NCBI GenBank assembly: GCA_963662545.2
Contig: CAXXLL010000002.1
Coordinates: 1,984,001 to 2,048,000, forward strand
DNA length: 64,000 nucleotides
Origin: Gammaproteobacteria bacterium
Lineage (GTDB): Bacteria > Pseudomonadota > Gammaproteobacteria > Ga0077536
Reading direction: 5' to 3'
Shown here: positions 1-9,877 of the stretch, piece by piece
Layout: each line of letters opens with the position of its first letter
Position numbering within the stretch: the stretch's first letter is position 1
The notes under the pieces: model-generated
Told to the model about the DNA's origin: nothing
The model's database searches: none
The model's input: the letters and a program-made list of their open reading frames with translations, nothing else
Program-made: the position numbers and the translations under genes

Positions 1-68
1 GTTGAATTATCATTATGAATCGGGGTCATGATCGCTGCGATCTCACCGGGAGTAGGTGACGGCTCGGC

Positions 69-617
69 TCATTCCCGCGGCGAGGGATCGAAGCCGTATA
101 CCAAGCCGACGCGACTGCGTTCGATCATCGCAATGGATAAATTCGCACCTCGCCACTCCATGGCCGACGGTATGTCGTCCGCGCCCTCGAATCGCAGCAG
201 CTCCGAGCAGGTTTCAAGATCGCGATCGTCCAACACGCCGATGCCGATGCCGCTGACTAGCAGAAGGTTTCCTTGGTCGTCGGCCAGAACGGTTTGGAGG
301 TCATTACCAGCGATGCCGGTATGGGTGGCAAAGCCCTCTTGCGGATGGTAGCGGAACACCCAGGGCGTATATTCGAGATCGACAAACACGCGCTGGGGCC
401 CGTTCTGAACGTACCAACGTCCCCGTTCATCCGCCCGATAATGCTGCGACAGAAAAGCAATCGCACGCGCGTGGCGGATCGGTTCACCCTGAATGCGCCA
501 ACCGCCGCGGCGATCCAGTGCTAGCCACCCGAAGCATTGCGGCACATTCGGCCACTTCGCCATGGCGCGCACTACGGCGTCGTCGAATTCGGGCATGCGT
601 TTATCCTGGGCGGTCAT
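69..617 (-). CDS. DUF2946-like hypothetical protein
   Basis: 182-aa ORF with AMAKWPNVPQCFGWLALDRRGGWR and WYVQNGPQRVFVDLEYTPW motifs; abuts the bioA stop. Confidence 0.8.
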   Translation of the reverse strand: MTAQDKRMPEFDDAVVRAMAKWPNVPQCFGWLALDRRGGWRIQGEPIRHARAIAFLSQHYRADERGRWYVQNGPQRVFVDLEYTPWVFRYHPQEGFATHTGIAGNDLQTVLADDQGNLLLVSGIGIGVLDDRDLETCSELLRFEGADDIPSAMEWRGANLSIAMIERSRVGLVYGFDPSPRE

Positions 618-1910
618 TCATCGCATCCCCGGCAGTGCCGAGGCCACCTCGACGATAGCCGCCGTCAAGCTAGCCAGTTCCTCATCGTCGATGATGTAGG
701 GTGGCATCACGTAGATCAAACGTCCGAACGGACGCACCCACACGCCCCGTTCGACGAATGCTAGCGGTACCCGATGCATGTCGACGGGCTCTTCGACTTC
801 GACAACACCAATGGCGCCCAACACGCGCACGTCGCGAACGTTCGCGAGTTCACGGCATGGAGCGAGGCCTTGCATGAGCGTTCGTTCGATGCGCGCGATG
901 TTTTTTCGCCAGTCGGATTCCAACAGGAGATCAATGCTCGCGCGCGCGCAAGCGCAGGCCAGTGGATTGGCCATGAAAGTGGGGCCGTGCATGAACACGC
1001 CGGGTTCACCGCGACAGATGGTGTCTGCGACTTCGCGGCTGGTCAACGTTGCGGCAAGTGTCATGTAACCGCCCGTCAGTGCTTTACCAAGGCACATGAT
1101 GTCCGGCGATATCCGCGCGTGATCGCACCCGAACAACTCCCCTGAGCGCGCGAAACCCGTTGCGATCTCGTCAGCGATCAATAACAGTCCATGCTCGTCG
1201 CAGATTTGGCGCACGGCCGCGAGGTATTGCGGATGATAAAACCACATACCTCCCGCTCCCTGTACCACGGGTTCGAGCACAACGGCGGCGATGTCCTTCT
1301 CATGCGCTTCGACGAGCGCGCGAAAGGGCTCGAAATCTGCAGGATCCCACGCCGCGGTAAAAGCGATATCCGGCCGTGGAGCGAACAGATGTTGTGGCAA
1401 CACCTCGCTGAACAGGCTGTGCATGCCGGTGACCGGATCACAGACTGCCATCGCGCCGAAGGTGTCGCCATGATAGCCGCCGCGTATGGTGAGCAGCCGG
1501 CGTTGGGGCTCACCGCGGGCTGCGCGGTACTGCAAAGCCATTTTTATGGCGACTTCGACCGCGACGGATCCCGAATCGGCGAAGAACACGTGTTCGAGTC
1601 CGGCCGGCGCAAGATCGATCAGTCGCCGCGCCAGATCGACCGCGCCTTCGTGGGTCAATCCACCGAACATGACGTGGGCCATGGCGTCGAGCTGGACGCG
1701 CACGGCGTCGTTTAAGCGTGGATGGTTGTAGCCGTGTATCGCGGACCACCACGATGCCATACCGTCGATGAGTTCGCGCCCGTCGGCGAGTTGAATACGC
1801 GTTCCCGCAGCACCGATCACCGGAAAGACCGGTGGGGGATCGACCATAGAGCTGTAGGGATGCCAGAGGTGCTCCCGATCGTAGGCGAGCCAGGCCGGGG
1901 AGGCGCTCAC
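618..1910 (-). CDS. bioA: adenosylmethionine-8-amino-7-oxononanoate aminotransferase
   Basis: Class III PLP aminotransferase: DREHLWHPY, DGMASWW, SGSVAVEVAIKMA, DEIATGF, GKALTGG, MHGPTFMANPLAC. Confidence 0.97.
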   Translation of the reverse strand: MSASPAWLAYDREHLWHPYSSMVDPPPVFPVIGAAGTRIQLADGRELIDGMASWWSAIHGYNHPRLNDAVRVQLDAMAHVMFGGLTHEGAVDLARRLIDLAPAGLEHVFFADSGSVAVEVAIKMALQYRAARGEPQRRLLTIRGGYHGDTFGAMAVCDPVTGMHSLFSEVLPQHLFAPRPDIAFTAAWDPADFEPFRALVEAHEKDIAAVVLEPVVQGAGGMWFYHPQYLAAVRQICDEHGLLLIADEIATGFARSGELFGCDHARISPDIMCLGKALTGGYMTLAATLTSREVADTICRGEPGVFMHGPTFMANPLACACARASIDLLLESDWRKNIARIERTLMQGLAPCRELANVRDVRVLGAIGVVEVEEPVDMHRVPLAFVERGVWVRPFGRLIYVMPPYIIDDEELASLTAAIVEVASALPGMR

Positions 1911-2959
1911 GATGCGTCGACAGCCTGCCAGTGAAGTTCACCCGGCGGGTCGAACACGACGATCGTCCCGGCCTTCGAGGATCGGGTGTGCCGCTTCCCG
2001 TCGCGCGTTCGACGTTCGAAGCTCATCTCGGCATCATTCACCGGCAGGCCGTAAAACGCGGGACCATTCAAGGATGCGAACGCCTCGAACCGATCGAGCG
2101 CGCGTTCTTCCTCGAACACCCGCAGGTATGCAGCCAGTGCGACCGGCGCATTGTAGATACCGGCGCATCCACAGTCTGATTCCTTCGTTGTTGCAGGGTG
2201 CGGCGCAGAGTCGGTACCGAGAAAGAAGCGGGCGTCGCCGGAACACGCGGCGCCACGCAAGGCGCGCCGGTGACGTTCGCGCTTAGCGAGCGGCAGGCAG
2301 TACATGTGAGGACGCAGGCCGCCGGCGAACATCGCATTGCGATTGATCATGAGATGATGCGGCGTGATCGTCGCCGTCAGCCAACGCGTGTCGCCGGCCA
2401 GAACGAAGTCAATCGCATCTGCCGTCGTAACGTGCTCGAACACGATCTTGAGTTCCGGATGGCGCTGTCGCAGCGGATCCAGCACGCGGTCGATGAAGAC
2501 CGCTTCGCGATCGAATACGTCGACGTCCGCATCGATTACTTCACCGTGCACGAGCAAGGGCAAGCCCACCCCGGACATCGCCTCGAACACACCGTCGAGC
2601 CGGCGGATATCGGTAACGCCCGCTTCCGAATGGGTCGTCGCGCCAGCCGGGTACAACTTGGCCGCGGTGAAAACTCCGTCGCGCGCGCCGGCAAGTAAAT
2701 CGTCGATTTGCGTAGTATCGGTCAGGTAACAAGTCATGAGGGGCTCGAATTGCGAACCATCGGGAAGACTCTTTTCGATACGCCGCCGGTAAGCATCGGC
2801 GTCCATCGCCAAGGTCACGGGCGGAGTGAGGTTCGGCATGACGATCGCGCGTCTGAAATGGCGCGCGGTGTCTGCGATCACGGCATCGAGCAGGGGCCCG
2901 TCGCGCAGATGAACGTGCCAGTCGTCGGGGTAGGGTATGGTCAATGAGGACTCGGACAT
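1907..2959 (-). CDS. pyrC: dihydroorotase (homodimeric type)
   Basis: PDDWHVHLRDG, AIVMPNL, KLYPAGATT, FFLGTDSAPH motifs. Confidence 0.97.
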   Translation of the reverse strand: MSESSLTIPYPDDWHVHLRDGPLLDAVIADTARHFRRAIVMPNLTPPVTLAMDADAYRRRIEKSLPDGSQFEPLMTCYLTDTTQIDDLLAGARDGVFTAAKLYPAGATTHSEAGVTDIRRLDGVFEAMSGVGLPLLVHGEVIDADVDVFDREAVFIDRVLDPLRQRHPELKIVFEHVTTADAIDFVLAGDTRWLTATITPHHLMINRNAMFAGGLRPHMYCLPLAKRERHRRALRGAACSGDARFFLGTDSAPHPATTKESDCGCAGIYNAPVALAAYLRVFEEERALDRFEAFASLNGPAFYGLPVNDAEMSFERRTRDGKRHTRSSKAGTIVVFDPPGELHWQAVDAS

Positions 2960-2986
2960 CGGTAGCTGAGATTAGCACGCGTGCTA

Positions 2987-3150
2987 GGGACCCTCTGAAT
3001 AAGTCATGGTGCGTCTGAATTGTTCATGCAATGGCGCAGATCAAGGCACGAACCGCAGGCCATAGCGGGAATTAGGGCTAAGGTTCGGAACGTAAGGCTC
3101 CGCAATTTCATGGGCAAGGCAGAAGTGCCATGACTTATTCAGAGGTTTCT
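2987..3150. mobile_element. MITE family A, copy 1 (IS5-like ends)
   Basis: TIRs cctctgaataagtcatgg ... ccatgacttattcagagg, flanked by CTAG and TTAA; non-coding; diverged second copy at 4914-5075. Confidence 0.8.
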
Positions 3151-3164
3151 TAACAGGCCTGTCG

Positions 3165-4322
3165 CTACAACGCACCGGTTTTCTTCAACGCATCGACTTC
3201 GTCGAGGCTGAATCCCCAATCGACCAGCGCCGCGTCGTTATCCTGGCCGGCGAGTGGCGGTGCGCTCGGCACCTCAGGTGCGGTACGGCTGAAACGGGGC
3301 ATGGGCGCCGGTTGCGTGACGCCTTCGATCTCGATGAAAGCCTGGCGTGCCCGGTTGTGCGGGTGGCGCGGCGCTTCTTCGAAGTCGAGCACCGGCGCGT
3401 AACAGGCGTCCGTACCCAACAATAGTTGATCCCATTCATCACGCGTTCGCGTCTTGAATATCGCTTCGAACTTTTCCTTGAATTCAGGCCAGCGCTCGGC
3501 GTTCATACGGTCGTTCCTCAGACCCTCGTCCGTGACTTTTAGCAAGTCCAACAAGAGTTCATAGAACTGCGGTTCGGCGGCGGCAATGGTGATGTATTTG
3601 CCGTCGCTGGTCTCATAGGTATCGTAAAAATGCGCGCCGCCGTCGATGCGGTTTTTGCCTTTCTCTCGCCATGCCCCCTGCGCGTGAATGCCGTACATCA
3701 TGGTCGTCAACAACGCCGCGCCCTCACACATGGCGACATCGATGACCTGACCATGGCCCGATTCCCGCGCTTCGAAAAAGGCGCAAGCCATGCCGAAGGC
3801 GAGCATACAGGCGCCACCGCCGTAATCACCGACGTAATTTGCCGGCGCGTACGGCTTTTCGCCGGGGCGGCCAAGCAGGTGGAGCGCGCCGGCAATTGCA
3901 ATGTAATTGGCGTCATGGCCGGACGCGTGGGCAAGCGGCCCGGTCTGTCCCCAACCGGTCATGCGCCCGTACACGAGGCGTTGGTTGCGTTCCAGGCAAA
4001 CATCGGGCCCGAGGCCGAGGCGTTCAAGTACGCCTGGCCGAAAAGGATCGATCATACCGTCGGCTGAATCGAGCAGCTTTAAGGCCGCATCGACTCCCGT
4101 GGATTTTTTCAGATCGAGTGCGATCGAGCGTTTGCCCCGATTGAGCAGGCCGTACTTGCCGGGGTTGTAAGAATCCCATTTTTCGCCAGGATATGCCCGC
4201 ACGGGGATCTTTCGATCGATGCGCAACACTACTGCGCCCATATCTGACAGCATCATGCCGCACAGGGGGCCCGGACCGATGCCGGCCTGTTCGATGATGC
4301 GAAGTCCCGCTAATGGTCCCAC
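3165..4322 (-). CDS. CaiB/BaiF family III CoA-transferase, alpha-methylacyl-CoA racemase-like
   Basis: GIGPGP, NRGKRSIALDLK, GRMTGWGQTGP, GHDANY, GDYGGG motifs. Confidence 0.9.
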   Translation of the reverse strand: MGPLAGLRIIEQAGIGPGPLCGMMLSDMGAVVLRIDRKIPVRAYPGEKWDSYNPGKYGLLNRGKRSIALDLKKSTGVDAALKLLDSADGMIDPFRPGVLERLGLGPDVCLERNQRLVYGRMTGWGQTGPLAHASGHDANYIAIAGALHLLGRPGEKPYAPANYVGDYGGGACMLAFGMACAFFEARESGHGQVIDVAMCEGAALLTTMMYGIHAQGAWREKGKNRIDGGAHFYDTYETSDGKYITIAAAEPQFYELLLDLLKVTDEGLRNDRMNAERWPEFKEKFEAIFKTRTRDEWDQLLLGTDACYAPVLDFEEAPRHPHNRARQAFIEIEGVTQPAPMPRFSRTAPEVPSAPPLAGQDNDAALVDWGFSLDEVDALKKTGAL

Positions 4323-4376
4323 GTCGTTCTCCCGCGCTACGTGAGCGCTTTATGCGTTGGTGGTTTGATGACAAAT

Positions 4377-4646
4377 CTAGAACCTATTGCAAAATTATCC
4401 GCGTGTGCGCCGGGGGCCATTTTCACGCAGTTCAAGGAGCGAGGAGCGTGGCAAAGCATAAGCTAAATGAGCGATGAGCAACGCCAAAATGCGTGATAAG
4501 GGGTCCCGCCCGAAGGGTTGTGCTCTGAAAGCGCGCTTGTTTCTTTGCAGCGCTTGTACATAGAGCAACTCAGCCCTGCGCACTGCGCCTCGCCATCGCG
4601 CGCCCACGCACAACGCGCATGCGGATAATTTTGAGATAGGTACTAG
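4377..4646. mobile_element. MITE family C (about 270 bp)
   Basis: TIRs ctagaacctattgcaaaattatccgc ... gcggataattttgagataggtactag; CTAG at both ends; no credible ORF. Confidence 0.75.
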
Positions 4647-4807
4647 TGTGCTGTCCCGTAATAAACCTTCATAATTCGCTGGTCCTCGCACCACGCTGCG
4701 GCGTTGCTCGTCGTTGCCGTATTCCCGATACGACGCCTCCTCGCGCCTTGCACCGCGGCACGAGTCCTGCGCGACTTATCGAAGTTTATTACGGGACAGC
4801 ACACTAG
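4643..4807. mobile_element. MITE family B, copy 1 (IS630-like ends)
   Basis: Perfect TIRs ctagtgtgctgtcccgtaataaac ... gtttattacgggacagcacactag; near-identical copy at 9619-9783. Confidence 0.88.
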
Positions 4808-4913
4808 TGTATTGTCTTACAAGGGCGAGTAAGTAGCCGCCGCCCAGTTACAGGCACTTTTCCTAAGCGTGCGGGGGTTCGGTGCCGTCGAGAAGCAAAA
4901 CGTCGAGATCGAA

Positions 4914-5075
4914 GCAACCTCTGAATAAGTCATGGTGGGTCTGAATGGTTCATGCAATGGTGCAGATCAAGGCACGGATCGCCGGCCATAGCAGGGACTA
5001 TTAACAAGGTTCGTAACGCCGAACTGCGCGATTTCATGGGCAAGGCAGATGGGCCATGACTTATTCAGAGGTTCC
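4914..5075. mobile_element. MITE family A, copy 2
   Basis: TIRs aacctctgaataagtcatgg ... ccatgacttattcagaggtt; collinear with 2987-3150. Confidence 0.8.
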
Positions 5076-5300
5076 CTAAGACCTCATCCTCGCCCGTTTA
5101 TCCAACTGATTGAAAGATCTCGATTGCCTTCCCGAAGCCGACCGACTCCTCGTCGATGGCAGATCACATTGTAAAAAAGCGTTAATGCCGGTTCCGGTCT
5201 ATCCTGGGAGTGAGTATGATGCGCGGTCAACCCCGTGAATCGCGGCTGAAGAGCAGCGTCGAATTTCATCTCGCAAGCCAATGAGTGATCACTCGAGCCG

Positions 5301-6254
5301 ATGGTGCCGGTGAATTCCGAAGCGTCCGAAAAGAATACGGACGGCGCCGAGGTGAGCGCGGTCAACGGCGCCATATGCACGATTGACGGCAAGGATTGCA
5401 TCTATTATGACGGCTATTGGATCCGAAATTACGAAGTTCCCAAAAACAAGGCCGCCGCACGCAGGGAACTCATCGATCAGCTGACCAAGCGGGTTTTCCA
5501 CCACACCGAACCCGGCATTAATACACCCGGCTACAACCTCGACGATGCCCGGCATGCCTTCGAGAATGAAACGCAGCCAGCGCGCAAACGCGTTAACGCC
5601 GCCATGCTGGCCGGCGCACTCCTGAATCGCGGTTCGGACATCTTCACGATGATTTTCGAGCTGAATAAACGGGGTATCGAAATTACCAAATCGAACGAAC
5701 TCATGCTCGAGTGCGAGTCCTGTTTTCTCGAGGCTTTCGACCTCGGCAAACACGTCAAGCATTACAGCGGCGAGGAGGGGCTCGACGAACTCTGGGGCGA
5801 ACCGCTGAAGGTTTTTTCCATGCCGATCGCCAGTTTCTACGAGTCGCGCTATATCAAGATTGCCCAGACCATGGCAGCCATCGATACCGTTGCCGCGCGA
5901 ATCCTGGAAACCTTTTTGAGCGTACGGGGTTTCGAGAATCTTCCTGAAAGCGTCGTTGCCTATGCCAAGGCGGCCAAACTCGAAAGCGAAACCATCAAAT
6001 CCGACCCTGCGATCTTCGAAGTGTGGCCAGATTTCGTCGTGACCGGTGACAAACTCGCCGCGTTCGAGCCGACACGGGCGATGACGAAGGAAGATCGTGC
6101 CATTTCGGTCCAAGGCGCTAAACTCGTACGCGAGGGCAAGCGCTTGATCGAATGGATCGCGTTTGCGCGGGTACCGATGCCGAAGACAACCGAAAAATAT
6201 TTTCAGGAATGTGCGGCCTTCAAGAACGCCGTCGAGGCGGCCCGCGCCGCCTGA
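5301..6254 (+). CDS. hypothetical protein
   Basis: 317-aa ORF with protein-like composition (YYDGYWIR, AMLAGALLNR, EGLDELWGEP, FYESRYIKIA); function not recognised; start uncertain. Confidence 0.8.
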   Translation: MVPVNSEASEKNTDGAEVSAVNGAICTIDGKDCIYYDGYWIRNYEVPKNKAAARRELIDQLTKRVFHHTEPGINTPGYNLDDARHAFENETQPARKRVNAAMLAGALLNRGSDIFTMIFELNKRGIEITKSNELMLECESCFLEAFDLGKHVKHYSGEEGLDELWGEPLKVFSMPIASFYESRYIKIAQTMAAIDTVAARILETFLSVRGFENLPESVVAYAKAAKLESETIKSDPAIFEVWPDFVVTGDKLAAFEPTRAMTKEDRAISVQGAKLVREGKRLIEWIAFARVPMPKTTEKYFQECAAFKNAVEAARAA

Positions 6255-6284
6255 TCGCCCGCTCGCTGCGGCGCGCGAAATCCG

Positions 6285-7727
6285 GTGGACGCGCTTTCGA
6301 AAATCGCAAGTGTCGTCGGCCCAGCCAACCTCCTCACTGACACAAAGCTGACGGCGCGCTATCTCGTCGACGAACGCCGTCTGTACCAGGGACGGGCACG
6401 CGCGGTCGTGCGTCCTGGTTCGACCGATGAAATGAGCCGGGTCGTGCGAATCTGTTACGAAAACAGCATCGCAATGGTGCCCCAGGGTGGTAACACCGGA
6501 TATTGCGGCGGTGCGACGCCTGACGACTCGGGCTCGCAACTGGTGATCAGCCTCGAACGCCTGAATCGCGTGCTCGAGGTCGACAGCAGCGGCCATTCTA
6601 TGACCCTCGAAGCGGGCGTCGTCCTGGCGAGCGCGCAACAGGCAGCGGTCGAACACGGTTTGCTGTTTCCATTGAGCATGGGCTCGGAGGGCAGCTGCCA
6701 GATCGGGGGCAATCTGTCGACTAACGCCGGCGGGGTCGTGGTGCTCAAATACGGGACGGCCGGAGATCTCGTGCTGGGCCTGGAGGTGGTCTTGCCCGAC
6801 GGCCGCATCCTGCCAGGCTTGTCGGCCTTGCGAAAGGACAACACCGGCTATGATCTCAAACGACTGTTTCTGGGGGCGGAAGGAACCCTGGGAATAATTA
6901 CGGCGGCGGTCGTCAAGCTATTCCCGCGCGCACGCTCATCCTGTGTGGCTTGGGCCGCCGTAACCGACATCGAAGCGGCCTGCGAGTTGCTGGCCAGATT
7001 ACGTGCGGAGAGCGGCGACACCGTGACGTCTTTTGAATACGTTTCATCGTTGTCTCTGGCCCACGTCATCGCAGCCCTGACCCATGTCAGGCAGCCGCTC
7101 GAAGGTGATTACACCCACTACGTGCTCACGGAATGTGCGACGGACGCCGTGCCCATCGAACAGGCCTTCGCGACAGCCATGGCGGACGGGCTCGTTCTTG
7201 ACGCGACGCTTGCCCAAAGCGAAGCACAGCGACGCGCTTTGTGGCAGATCCGCGAATCGATTCCAGAAGCGGAGAAACGGTTGGGCGGATCGATCAAGCA
7301 CGACGTTTCAGTCACCATTATCGACGTCCCGCGCTTTATCGAACACGCGCGTCAGTCGATCGAAGCGGAGTGGCCGGATGCGCGCCTGTCGATTTACGGC
7401 CATATTGGCGACGGCAATGTGCATTTCAACGTGCTGGCGCCAGGCAACGCCGATGCCCTCGCTTTTAAGCGATCCCACGGCGACCGTATCAGCCGCATCG
7501 TTCACGACCTCGCGCACGAAATGAACGGAAGCTTCAGTGCGGAGCATGGCATCGGCCAACTCAAACGGAATTTACTCGCTCAATATGCCGGGGATGTTTC
7601 GCTCGAACTCATGTGCACGATCAAACGCGCGCTAGACCCCAAAGGTCTGATGAATCCAGGCAAAGTGGTGGCGTTGGAAGCACCGCGCGCCAGCGACGGC
7701 ATAAAAAGGGATGATAGGTCTGGATAA
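6285..7727 (+). CDS. FAD-binding oxidoreductase, D-2-hydroxyglutarate/D-lactate dehydrogenase family
   Basis: PQGGNTG, CQIGGNLSTNAGG, RKDNTGYDLK, KHDVSV, GHIGDGNVHFN, SAEHGIG, LMNPGK. Confidence 0.92.
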   Translation: MDALSKIASVVGPANLLTDTKLTARYLVDERRLYQGRARAVVRPGSTDEMSRVVRICYENSIAMVPQGGNTGYCGGATPDDSGSQLVISLERLNRVLEVDSSGHSMTLEAGVVLASAQQAAVEHGLLFPLSMGSEGSCQIGGNLSTNAGGVVVLKYGTAGDLVLGLEVVLPDGRILPGLSALRKDNTGYDLKRLFLGAEGTLGIITAAVVKLFPRARSSCVAWAAVTDIEAACELLARLRAESGDTVTSFEYVSSLSLAHVIAALTHVRQPLEGDYTHYVLTECATDAVPIEQAFATAMADGLVLDATLAQSEAQRRALWQIRESIPEAEKRLGGSIKHDVSVTIIDVPRFIEHARQSIEAEWPDARLSIYGHIGDGNVHFNVLAPGNADALAFKRSHGDRISRIVHDLAHEMNGSFSAEHGIGQLKRNLLAQYAGDVSLELMCTIKRALDPKGLMNPGKVVALEAPRASDGIKRDDRSG

Positions 7728-7822
7728 GTCCATATGCTTCAATTTCGACGCCTGAGACCGATCTTGCCGACCGTCATCGAAGCGTCTCCGGCGCTCGTAT
7801 AACAACGTACCTGATCATCGGA

Positions 7823-9016
7823 ATGCAGGAGCACTACGACTACCTGGTGGTTGGCGCGGGCATCGTCGGCCTGGCGACGGCGCGACGGCTGCAGGACAGG
7901 TTCCCCGATGCCGCAGTCGCGGTACTGGAGAAGGAAGCCCGTGTTGCAACCCATCAAAGCGGTCACAACAGCGGCGTGATTCATGCGGGCGTGTACTATG
8001 CACCCGGCAGTATGAAAGCACGCTTGTGCCGCGCAGGGATTCGCCGAACGATAGAATTTTGCGAGAACAACGCCGTCGAATATCGCCGTTGCGGCAAGCT
8101 CATCGTCGCCACCAGCGACGCCGAGCGCGAACGTTTAGCCGGCATCGGTGATCGCGCCACGAAGAACGGCTGTCACTGCGAGTATCTGGATGGAATCGCG
8201 ATTCGCGATCTCGAGCCCAATGTGACGGGCGTCGCCGCACTGAAAATTACCGATACCGGCATCGCCGATTATGCGGCGCTGTGCCGGACACTCGCAGTCC
8301 TCATCGAAGACGGCGGGGGCACAGTCAGCCTGAACACGCGAGTAGAATCGATCGACGAGCGAACTAACGAAGTTCGGATAGGAAGCAATCGCGGACCATT
8401 CACCGCGAAACACCTGATCGTATGCGGCGGCCTGCAAGCGGATCGCCTTGCGCGCATGGCGGGCCTCGAGATCGATTTTGCGATCGTACCGTTTCGCGGC
8501 GATTACTACCGATTACCGCAAGCGCGTTCAACGCTCGTCTCCACCCTGATCTATCCGGTGCCCGATCCGCGCTTACCCTTTCTTGGCGTTCATTTGACCT
8601 TGACGGTCGATGGTTCGATTACGGTAGGACCCACCGCCATGCTTGCATTCGAGCGCGAAGCGTATCGCCGTTGGGCGTTCGACGTTCGCGACGCGCGGGA
8701 AATGTTCGGGTTCGCCGGTACCTGGCGAATGCTGGCCCGTTTTCCACGGGCCGGTTTAACCGAGTTGGTGCATGCCGCGAGCCGCAAGCGTTACTTGAAC
8801 CTGGTGCGAAATTATTGTCCGGCCCTGAGGCTCGACGATCTGCGCGATCATGAATGTGGTATTCGCGCGCAGGCGGTAACGCGTGCAGGCAATATGATTC
8901 ACGATTTCCTATTGAAACGTACGCCGCGCAGCGTTCACGTTTGCAACGCACCTTCGCCGGCGGCGACCTCCGCCTTCCCGATCGCGGACACTATCGTCGC
9001 GAGCCTGGCGGATTGA
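7823..9016 (+). CDS. lhgO: L-2-hydroxyglutarate oxidase
   Basis: GAGIVG, HQSGHNSGVIHAGVYY, IYPVPDP-PFLGVH, GIRAQAV, HVCNAPSPAATS. Confidence 0.93.
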   Translation: MQEHYDYLVVGAGIVGLATARRLQDRFPDAAVAVLEKEARVATHQSGHNSGVIHAGVYYAPGSMKARLCRAGIRRTIEFCENNAVEYRRCGKLIVATSDAERERLAGIGDRATKNGCHCEYLDGIAIRDLEPNVTGVAALKITDTGIADYAALCRTLAVLIEDGGGTVSLNTRVESIDERTNEVRIGSNRGPFTAKHLIVCGGLQADRLARMAGLEIDFAIVPFRGDYYRLPQARSTLVSTLIYPVPDPRLPFLGVHLTLTVDGSITVGPTAMLAFEREAYRRWAFDVRDAREMFGFAGTWRMLARFPRAGLTELVHAASRKRYLNLVRNYCPALRLDDLRDHECGIRAQAVTRAGNMIHDFLLKRTPRSVHVCNAPSPAATSAFPIADTIVASLAD

Positions 9017-9034
9017 CGAACCGGCGCCATTTAG

Positions 9035-9622
9035 ATGAACGCAAAGCCGCTCAAACGCTGTCCCTGGGTCGACCTCGATAAGACCGACTACGTCGCGTAT
9101 CACGATACGGAGTGGGGCGTGCCGGTCTACGACGATCAAGTCATGTTTGAATTCCTAACGCTCGAAGCCGCCCAGGCGGGCTTGAGCTGGTACACAGTCC
9201 TGAAAAAGCGCGAACATTACCGCAAGGCTTTCGCAGCCTTCGATCCGGTAAAGGTCGCGCGCTTCACGCCGAAGCGGATCGAAGTGCTGTTGCAGAACAA
9301 AGGGCTGATCCGCAATCGATTGAAAATCGAAGCAGCCGTTGGCAACGCACGGGCTTTTCTCGAAGTGCAGCAGGCCTATGACGGTTTTTGCAACTACATC
9401 TGGTCGTTCGTCGAAGGCAAGCCAAAAGTCAACGTGCTGCGCAAACGCGCGGACTTCGTCGCGACGAGCCCCGCGTCAGACCGCCTGAGCAAGGATCTAA
9501 AAAAGCGCGGATTTAAGTTCGTTGGTACGACCATCGTCTACGCGCACATGCAGGCCACCGGGCTCGTCAATGACCACACCGTCTCGTGTTTTCGGCGCAG
9601 GGAAATCATCGCCGGGTACTAG
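9035..9622 (+). CDS. tag: DNA-3-methyladenine glycosylase I
   Basis: RCPW, YHDTEWG, LEAAQAGLSW, IRNRLKI, FKFVG, GLVNDH-C. Confidence 0.96.
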   Translation: MNAKPLKRCPWVDLDKTDYVAYHDTEWGVPVYDDQVMFEFLTLEAAQAGLSWYTVLKKREHYRKAFAAFDPVKVARFTPKRIEVLLQNKGLIRNRLKIEAAVGNARAFLEVQQAYDGFCNYIWSFVEGKPKVNVLRKRADFVATSPASDRLSKDLKKRGFKFVGTTIVYAHMQATGLVNDHTVSCFRRREIIAGY

Positions 9623-9783
9623 TGTGCTGTCCCGTAATAAACCTTCATAATTCGCTGGTCCTCGCACCACGCTGCGGCGTTGCTCGTCGTTGCCGTATTC
9701 CCGATACGACGCCTCCTCGCGCCTTGCATCGCGGCACGAGTCCTGCGCGACTTATCGAAGTTTATTACGGGACAGCACACTAG
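9619..9783. mobile_element. MITE family B, copy 2
   Basis: Differs from 4643-4807 at one position that I can see (gcaCc vs gcaTc); inserted at the TAG stop of tag. Confidence 0.9.
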
Positions 9784-9835
9784 AATCTATCTCTAAATTA
9801 TTCGCGTATGCGAATAATTTAGAGATAGATTCTAG
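9780..9835. repeat. 26-bp perfect hairpin made of fused family-C-like termini
   Basis: ctagaatctatctctaaattattcgc-gtat-gcgaataatttagagatagattctag; the arms resemble the family C TIR. Confidence 0.85.
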
Positions 9836-9877
9836 ACATCCACGTCCTTAGAACGCGGTTGTTTAGCGAGTGTTTAT

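Noticed and set aside
1-29. Fur-box-like CATAATGATAATTC on the minus strand, or a possible gene start at 29
   Set aside because: Cut by the window edge; cannot distinguish coding sequence from an operator
4395-4694. 99-aa ORF and other short ORFs across MITEs (9586-9783, 28843-29067)
   Set aside because: They are translations of non-coding repeat elements
5289-6656. 455-aa antisense ORF
   Set aside because: Shadow of two plus-strand genes; expected from GC-rich codon bias; no motifs
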